DNA from: Fibrobacteria bacterium AD312
Lineage (GTDB): Bacteria; Fibrobacterota; Fibrobacteria; Fibrobacterales; Fibrobacteraceae
Length of the DNA stretch: 64,000 nucleotides
Reading direction: 5' to 3'
Assembly: GCA_001462345.1 (NCBI GenBank)
Contig: LIUM01000047.1
Location: 975 to 64,974, forward strand
The notes beneath the pieces are model-generated. The model was not told the origin of the DNA, did not search any database, and saw only the letters and a program-made list of their open reading frames with translations. Shown here piece after piece: positions 57,661-64,000 of this stretch. Position 1 is the first letter of the stretch, and every line of letters begins with the position of its first letter. The translations under genes were made by a program, and so were the position numbers.

Positions 57661-59447
57661 ATCGATACAAACTATTAGCTTTTTTAGGTTGTTTTATATT
57701 TTTGCTGAATGGCTGTAATGAGAAGAAAACGGTAAAGACAAGTGCACTAGAAAACTGTCCTGAAAAAGCGGTCTACGATTCTAACTCTACGGGAGAATAT
57801 GATCCTATTGCTTCTTTAGATGCCGTGCCTTGTGGAGCCATCAATCTTTGGGGCTCTTCAATGCCTAAATCTTTTAATATGTGGCAGGATTATAATAGTT
57901 TTTCTGTAGGCTTAATGAACCTAATGTTTGAGCCTCTTGTAAGTCTACATTCTACAGAAGATCGTGAAATAGGAATCCTTGCAGAGTCCTTTGAAATTTC
58001 TGAAGATGGGAAAACCTTTACATTTCACTTAGATCCAAAAGCTCGTTTTAGTGATGGGGAAAAGATTACAGCTGAAGATGTTCAGTTTTATTATGATGTG
58101 ATTATGGATCCAAAAAACTTGACGCCTATATTTAAGGTGGGGTTAAGTCGCTTTGAACGCCCTGTTATAATTGATTCTTTAACTGTATCAATCACTGCAA
58201 AAGAAGTCCATTGGGGTAATTTTTGGGAAGCCGCAGGAATGCTTGCATTTCCAAAGCATCTATGGAAGGACTTAGATTTTAATTCTATTCGTTATGATTT
58301 TCCTGTCGTGAGCGGGCCATATAAAATCAAAACATTTAGAGAAGATCGTTTTGTAGAATTAGAACGTCGCTCCGATTGGTGGGGATTTCAAAAAAAATGG
58401 AATCATGGAAAGTATAATTTTCAAACCATTCGATATCGCTTTATGGAAGATCGAAATAAAGCTTTAGAGGCATTTAAGAAACAAGACTTTGATTCTTATT
58501 CTATTTACACATCTTCTATTTGGATGAAACAAACGGATTTTGAGGCCATTCAAAACGGCTGGGCTGTAAAGCAACGCGTTTATAATAAAGAGCCTATTGG
58601 ATTTCAGGGCATGGCGATGAATTTGCGTCGAGCTCCTTTTAATGATGTACGAGTTCGTCGAGCGTTATCATTTTTAATGAATCGAGAATTGATGAATGAA
58701 AAATACATGTTCAATCAGTATTTTCTTCTCAATAGTTATTATCCTGATTTGTGGCCTGAAAATAAAAATCCAGAATCTCCTTTTTATCATTACAATCCAG
58801 ATAGTGCCCGGGCTCTTTTGGCTGAGGCAGGATACGTTCAAACAGAACAAGGAATGTTAATGAAAGAAGGAAAACCTCTTTCCATTACGTTTATAACACA
58901 AGCAGAAGATTTAAGGCATTTGACTCTTTATCAAGAAGATTTACGTAAAGTAGGGATTCAAGTGCAAATAGATCAGATGTCACAAAGTACTCTTCGGAAA
59001 CGTTTAGATGATGCTGATTATGATATGTACTGGATTAATTGGGGGGCAAGTCGTTTGAGAGATCCTGAAGCTTCTTGGCATTCAAGTACTGCCATGCAAA
59101 AGGGAACGAATAATTTAGCGGGTTTACAAGATTCTGCTGTGGATGCTTTAATCGAAATGCAAAAAACGGAATTTGATTTATCCAAAAGAAATGACATTCT
59201 TCGTCGCTTAGATGTTCGCTTAAATGAATTAGTCCCTTATGTGTTAATGTGGCAAAGCAATCATCATCGATTACTTTATTGGAATCGTTTTGGAATGCCT
59301 GAAACGGTTTTTGATAAGTATAATCGAGAAGAGTCGATTCCTGTATATTGGTGGTTAGATTCTAAAAAAGCCTCTACACTGAAAGAAGCGATTGCTTCGA
59401 GAAAAAACTTGCCAAAACCTGAATATGATGTATTTTATAAAGAGTGA
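57657..59447 (+). CDS. ABC transporter substrate-binding lipoprotein, family 5 (oligopeptide/dipeptide-type)
   Basis: A lipobox (LNGC) is followed by the SBP_bac_5 pattern in a 596-aa product. It overlaps the rnc stop. Confidence 0.7.
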   Translation: MNRYKLLAFLGCFIFLLNGCNEKKTVKTSALENCPEKAVYDSNSTGEYDPIASLDAVPCGAINLWGSSMPKSFNMWQDYNSFSVGLMNLMFEPLVSLHSTEDREIGILAESFEISEDGKTFTFHLDPKARFSDGEKITAEDVQFYYDVIMDPKNLTPIFKVGLSRFERPVIIDSLTVSITAKEVHWGNFWEAAGMLAFPKHLWKDLDFNSIRYDFPVVSGPYKIKTFREDRFVELERRSDWWGFQKKWNHGKYNFQTIRYRFMEDRNKALEAFKKQDFDSYSIYTSSIWMKQTDFEAIQNGWAVKQRVYNKEPIGFQGMAMNLRRAPFNDVRVRRALSFLMNRELMNEKYMFNQYFLLNSYYPDLWPENKNPESPFYHYNPDSARALLAEAGYVQTEQGMLMKEGKPLSITFITQAEDLRHLTLYQEDLRKVGIQVQIDQMSQSTLRKRLDDADYDMYWINWGASRLRDPEASWHSSTAMQKGTNNLAGLQDSAVDALIEMQKTEFDLSKRNDILRRLDVRLNELVPYVLMWQSNHHRLLYWNRFGMPETVFDKYNREESIPVYWWLDSKKASTLKEAIASRKNLPKPEYDVFYKE

Positions 59448-59457
59448 ATGAAAAAGT

Positions 59458-59482
59458 AAAAGCCCTGACATTCAGGGTTTTA
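59458..59482 (+). terminator. rho-independent terminator
   Basis: The hairpin aaagccctga-cat-tcagggtttt is present. Confidence 0.5.
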
Positions 59483-59510
59483 GGGAAAATAATTCATCAT
59501 CGGAGGGGAG

Positions 59511-60095
59511 ATGTATCGATTTTTAATTTTGGCTTTGTTTCTGTGTTCTCTAGAAGGACATGCTTCTTTTATTTCAGGCTCTATTGGAATGAGCCATTTA
59601 ACATCAAGTGTCTATTCCCCTAGCAAGCCTTATCCATCACTATATTTAGAATTAGGCTTTTTTGATGAGCCCACCAATATATTGGATTTTAAATATTCTT
59701 TGGGCTTAAGGCGGTATGGCTTTTTTTATCAAAAAAAATCTTATGCCATTTCATCTATTGTTGTAAAACCAATTATTTTATCAGTGACCATTATGGGTTT
59801 AATGGTGGAATCTTATATAAATCTTTATCAAAATTTTTTGGCTGATGAGGTGGTAAATGGGCGAAATGATGATGAAGATTTATTATTCAGCCCTCGTATA
59901 GGTGTTGGATATGGGTTTAGAACAGGTTACTATGTTACGGAGTCTTTTTTGGTTGCCTTAAATTACGAATATAGCTCTCTTACTTTTGATTTTCCTGCAG
60001 AGTTTTATTATGTCCATCTCTCCTTTCAATGGAATTTCGAAAGCTTGATAGATTATATTAATCCGATGGGGAAAGATCGAAATCGCTGGCATTAG
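59511..60095 (+). CDS. secreted hypothetical protein (possible small beta-barrel)
   Basis: A signal peptide is followed by alternating hydrophobic strands. Confidence 0.4.
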   Translation: MYRFLILALFLCSLEGHASFISGSIGMSHLTSSVYSPSKPYPSLYLELGFFDEPTNILDFKYSLGLRRYGFFYQKKSYAISSIVVKPIILSVTIMGLMVESYINLYQNFLADEVVNGRNDDEDLLFSPRIGVGYGFRTGYYVTESFLVALNYEYSSLTFDFPAEFYYVHLSFQWNFESLIDYINPMGKDRNRWH

Positions 60096-60120
60096 CGATA
60101 ATAGTATTGTTAGGGAAAAA

Positions 60121-60816
60121 TTATTGTAAAATTACAGGTATTATTGAAAACGCAGTGATTAAAGCCAAGAAGGCTCCAAGTAATATATAAAAGAACGCAA
60201 GCATAGATGCCGTTTGCCCATCTCCCTGAAGGATTCCTTTTTTAGCAGGGTAAGTACCATCATCAATATGATAAAGATCTTTAATAATCCATACCCAAAG
60301 AATAATTAAGGGAATTATTAAATAAGAACCGAATAGTAAAAGAATTTTAATAAATCCATTTTTTTTGTTCCCTAAAATGAAATCGTGAATGCCAAGAAAG
60401 CCAAAAAAGAATGTGACTAAAGCAATCGATCGTCTTCGGATCGGATTTGTTGGGGTGGGCCAAAAAAAAGATCGATTTTCAATACATAAAAAAAAGAGAC
60501 AAAAAAAAGTTTCTATTCCAAAAAAAGATGCGGGTCCAGATAAAAAGACAAGGGGAGCTGTTGATGAGGAATTGACTACAGATGGAGAATAAACATAAGC
60601 GGTCAACGCAAGTAGAATAAGGGCGGATATGGTGAGAGATTTATAGCTTTTATTTTCAAAGATGAAAATATTACGTAAAAGAGCAATGATATAAGGGGAT
60701 GAAACATAAAGAAGAAATAAAAGATCATTTTTGTTATTTAGAGGTTTAGAAACACTGTAATAGAGAAAAAAGCAAATCATCATGGAAAGAAATATTATGA
60801 CATTTTGTATTTTCAT
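60121..60816 (-). CDS. TM2-domain membrane protein
   Basis: The TM2-like block is FFGFLGIHDFILGNKKNGFIKILL…ILWVWIIKD, and the protein has several helices. Confidence 0.4.
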   Translation of the reverse strand: MKIQNVIIFLSMMICFFLYYSVSKPLNNKNDLLFLLYVSSPYIIALLRNIFIFENKSYKSLTISALILLALTAYVYSPSVVNSSSTAPLVFLSGPASFFGIETFFCLFFLCIENRSFFWPTPTNPIRRRSIALVTFFFGFLGIHDFILGNKKNGFIKILLLFGSYLIIPLIILWVWIIKDLYHIDDGTYPAKKGILQGDGQTASMLAFFYILLGAFLALITAFSIIPVILQ

Positions 60817-61023
60817 AGCCAGACCCTCTTAAGGTAATTCCATTAGAAAATACTCTTAAATATATTTCATGGTCAATAATTTTTTCTTTTTTTATAGATC
60901 GTTTTTTTTAATTATTGAGATAAAGTATGCTTTTCCTCCAATCTCATTTTATGAATATAGAGATAGATAGAATATAAAGAAAAAAACTGATATCAGGTCT
61001 TTTGAAGATTTGATTTTTTATGA

Positions 61024-64000
61024 TTATTTCTCTAAAAGCTTTTGTTGGTGCTGATAAAGAATCTTTCCGTTTTCACTATAGATTGTAATGTTTGCTATTA
61101 CAATGCCAGAGAAGTCTGCTCCATCTATTACAAATTCATTTAGCCCAAGATTTACATTAGCGGTTGCATTGCTTAATTTCTTGCCTTTGATATTATGTAA
61201 AGAGAGGACAGCTTTTGAACGATCAAGAGCAATACCTGCATTAAATTGAATCTTCCATGCTGAACCTTGTTTGTAGTAAGAAAGATTGTCTATTTTTTGA
61301 GCTAAAGAGAATTGTTCTGCAGGCATTACGGTAATCGTTGCTTTGGAGCCGTCTTGCTTTGTACTGAGAAGAATAGGAGTGTTCTCTTTTACTTCAAAAA
61401 TTTCACCATCTTTATTTAGAACAACTCTATATCCCATTTCTAAAAGAGCTTGAACGCCTTCCATTTCAAGAGACGCTTTGTCGCCATTGGTAGAAGAAAG
61501 TAGAATGTCAAAGCTCCAGATAGAATTATTTGAGGAAAGAATTTGCTCCGCTAATTTATCTTTTTCTTTGAGAATGGATAAGTTAACAAAAGAGCCCATT
61601 CCTTGAGGAGGTTCTTTTAAGGATGATGCTTTTGCACCTACCCCAATAAAGTTATAAGCATCTTCTTTTCCGAGAGCATTTTTTAGCTTAAGTTGGATTC
61701 GCCAGTTTTTAGGAGTTACCTCTTTTTTAGCGAGTCTACGTTTAGGCGCTGCCGTTTCTGTTGAATTAAAGAAAGGGGCTGCCGTTGTTTCCCATGTTTT
61801 GTTTTTGGATACTTGAACCCAAGCAGCACTATTTGCTTCTAGGTGATAAATACGATCATAAGCACCAAGAGAATCATTCCATTTCCAGAATGCGATAGAA
61901 TCATTATCTTGAGAAAGATTTAAGCTAATCGGCCAGTGGAATGGGTTTGCTATTAAATTCCATCCTGTTTCTCCTGAAATTAAATCCCAAGAGACTTTAG
62001 TCTCTGGAGTTAGAGAAGAGGCTATTCCCATACATTTATAACTCCAGATGTCGCAAACGGTTTCAGAGGTTACAGAAGAGGAATAATCGACTTCTAAAGG
62101 AATGCTCGTTTCGCTTAAAGATTGATACCAATACCCATGGAATGGATTGGGCTTTTCTCTAAAATAGAATTCTTCATATTGCCAAAAGTCCCCTAAAGCA
62201 GTGGAATCGTTCCAGCCAAAGAATATTTCATCTCTGGATTTTTTATAGGCAGGGCTAACATTGGATAGAGAAATCATTTGCCAAGAAGAAGGCTTAAATT
62301 GGAGAGAAGAATCGACAAAGAAATCATATTCTTTCGAAAGGGTTGTATTTGCTGTTTTTAATAAAGCTCTGAATTTAAGATTCCCAAGAGGCAAGTTGAT
62401 TTTTTCAAAAGAGTATATTTTGCCTATATCATTTTTGTTACAAATACTAAATGATGTAGAATCCTTAAAAGTTTCTTCTTTGTTTTGAATCATAAGAGTA
62501 AGTTGAGTAAAGCTATCTTTAGTATCTACTTGACTAAGGGAACCGCTATAGGAAAGGGCTCCGCCTTTTTGAACAAAGGAATGAGGGCCAAAGGCAAGAG
62601 TCGTTTTAAAGAAATCACCTGATATAGAAACGTCTCTATTAAAAAGATAAGACTTAGAGAAATCTTCTGTTGTGCTGTCAGATGTTGTGTTATTATTATT
62701 GGTGTAGCGAAGAGTAATGTTTTTAATTTCATAGCTGCTATCAGCAACAGGTTTTATGAGAAGAGGGGGAGTTATCTCTTGAAGTTGTTCATCATTTCCA
62801 GGAATCATTTGCATGTATTCTTCTGTTATTGGAAATAAAATTTTTCCAGGCCCTTTTAGAACAAGTCTGTTGCCATTCCATAAAGTTAAATAACCATGTT
62901 CTAGCGTTTTTACTTCTACTTGAACTAATGTACGTTCTTCTTTTTCAATAGGTTCAAAAATTGGTTTTAGTATGATATTGCCTTCGAAAGAAGAAGGTAT
63001 TTCAAAATAGCCGTGTTCAAATCCATTAAAATTTTCAACGAAAGGGGAATCCGTTTTATAACCATATTGAGTACAAGTCCCTGTGTCTTTACATGTGATT
63101 TCCCAGTCATTAAAGTTCTTGTATGCTTGTACTAATTTAGGCAATTGAATTGATTGGTCGATTTTAGAACTGTACTTTTGAATAATACTATCTGATGTAA
63201 ATAATATAGGCGTGTTTACATCTTGAGTGCTAACATCGTAAGTTATAGTATAGAGAGGGTCAGCGGCTCCTGTGGTTGATTTGAATTCAGCATAAATTCT
63301 AATATAAGATGAATTTTCAAGAATAGAATTTAAAGAAAAGAACTTTTTACTGTTGTCATTATTATAGTAATAGAGTGACGCTAACTCATACCCAGGTTTA
63401 GCCTGTACATCAACACGGATAGGAATAGTAAATGTTTTGTAATCTTTGTCGTAAACTACAGGAATACTATAACCCCAAGCTCCAGGGGTAAGAAGTCTTC
63501 CTTTGTTGCTAAGAGAGACTAGTCCGTTTGTGGTGTTTACAGAAAAAGTAGCATTGTTTAATTTCTCTGATTTTAGTCCCGGACAATCTGTGAGATTTCC
63601 CCATTTTGCAGTAAGGGTAATGTCAGAAAAAGAATCAGGGTCAAAAAAACCATCAAAATAGAAAATGTCTAAAGATGGCGTTGTTGGAACATTGGTTCCT
63701 TCTGCTGAAACTGTCCAACCTAAAAAGCAAGAATTTTCTTTTATGATTTTTGGCATTTCTAGTAATGTATGATTTTCACTGAAATCGGTAATGGAGTCTG
63801 TCAACCAGTAGACAAAATCATTAGTATTTAAATTGTATTTTATTGAATATCGAGTGGCTTGAGTTAGTGTGAATGTTGCATTTCCATGGATTATTGTTTC
63901 AGGGGTTAATGATTTTCCCGTGAACATGAAGTCTTCATTTATTTCTTCAAAAGAATACTTGTCTTTTCCTGCACCTTCTTCTAGCGGAGGGTATTTGTCA
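61024..64000 (-). CDS. large secreted protein with a C-terminal sorting-type beta-sandwich domain (N-terminus may lie beyond the window)
   Basis: The ORF of at least 967 aa is open to the window end. Its C-terminus …ANITIYSENGKILYQHQQKLLEK resembles a T9SS/Fibrobacter-type CTD. Confidence 0.45.
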   Translation of the reverse strand, partial: DKYPPLEEGAGKDKYSFEEINEDFMFTGKSLTPETIIHGNATFTLTQATRYSIKYNLNTNDFVYWLTDSITDFSENHTLLEMPKIIKENSCFLGWTVSAEGTNVPTTPSLDIFYFDGFFDPDSFSDITLTAKWGNLTDCPGLKSEKLNNATFSVNTTNGLVSLSNKGRLLTPGAWGYSIPVVYDKDYKTFTIPIRVDVQAKPGYELASLYYYNNDNSKKFFSLNSILENSSYIRIYAEFKSTTGAADPLYTITYDVSTQDVNTPILFTSDSIIQKYSSKIDQSIQLPKLVQAYKNFNDWEITCKDTGTCTQYGYKTDSPFVENFNGFEHGYFEIPSSFEGNIILKPIFEPIEKEERTLVQVEVKTLEHGYLTLWNGNRLVLKGPGKILFPITEEYMQMIPGNDEQLQEITPPLLIKPVADSSYEIKNITLRYTNNNNTTSDSTTEDFSKSYLFNRDVSISGDFFKTTLAFGPHSFVQKGGALSYSGSLSQVDTKDSFTQLTLMIQNKEETFKDSTSFSICNKNDIGKIYSFEKINLPLGNLKFRALLKTANTTLSKEYDFFVDSSLQFKPSSWQMISLSNVSPAYKKSRDEIFFGWNDSTALGDFWQYEEFYFREKPNPFHGYWYQSLSETSIPLEVDYSSSVTSETVCDIWSYKCMGIASSLTPETKVSWDLISGETGWNLIANPFHWPISLNLSQDNDSIAFWKWNDSLGAYDRIYHLEANSAAWVQVSKNKTWETTAAPFFNSTETAAPKRRLAKKEVTPKNWRIQLKLKNALGKEDAYNFIGVGAKASSLKEPPQGMGSFVNLSILKEKDKLAEQILSSNNSIWSFDILLSSTNGDKASLEMEGVQALLEMGYRVVLNKDGEIFEVKENTPILLSTKQDGSKATITVMPAEQFSLAQKIDNLSYYKQGSAWKIQFNAGIALDRSKAVLSLHNIKGKKLSNATANVNLGLNEFVIDGADFSGIVIANITIYSENGKILYQHQQKLLEK

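Noticed and set aside
1-64000. Prophage or conjugative element.
   Set aside because: No integrase, terminase, capsid, tail, relaxase or T4SS genes were recognised. The accessory region is explained by the cassette-array architecture instead.

Overview
AT-rich bacterial chromosomal segment whose genes use Shine-Dalgarno sites. Most of it, about 10.5-64 kb, is ordinary core genome. Recognisable genes there include rsmH, a MoeB/ThiF-like E1, a ferritin-VIT (MbfA-like) transporter, coaE, a Na/Pi cotransporter, pheS, leuS, gluQ, topA, the yceD-rpmF-plsX-fabD-fabG-acpP-rnc block, tRNA-Ser(CGA) and tRNA-Leu(CAG). Several secreted or giant proteins sit among them: a pectate lyase with a poly-Ser linker and a C-terminal sorting domain, a 1486-aa fibro-slime-domain protein, a 1368-aa helicase-like protein with a degenerate Walker A, and a >960-aa protein with a sorting domain. 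Gene content (fibro-slime, TIGR02147-like, sorting-domain proteins, GlgE-like GH13) suggests a free-living organism related to Fibrobacteres or the wider FCB group, or possibly a spirochaete, but this cannot be pinned down from sequence alone.

The first ~10.2 kb look like accessory DNA and are visibly more AT-rich. Every ORF there is on the + strand. ORFs or small ORF groups are separated by a recurring family of 80-300 nt imperfect-palindromic elements that begin (G)CTAACA and end TGTTAGC or CGTTATA, with internal inverted repeats and an apparent extrahelical base. In three cases the ORF stop codon lies inside the first TAAC. This is the architecture of an integron gene-cassette array built on attC-like sites (or a CALIN, a cluster of attC sites lacking an integrase), and no integrase is present in the window. 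The cargo is typical of cassettes: a frameshifted FRG-domain gene, a NERD+Zn-ribbon gene, GNAT+SseB-like genes, a small wHTH gene, a Fic gene, and a complete graspetide-type RiPP module (two tandem precursor peptides with a PFARF-like motif and T/K/D/E-rich C-terminal cores, an ATP-grasp ligase, and a membrane protein). The array ends at a convergent rsmH, one more attC-like element, an IS3-family orfA fragment and tRNA-Ser.

I judge this cassette array with its embedded RiPP module to be the most likely undescribed system in the window.
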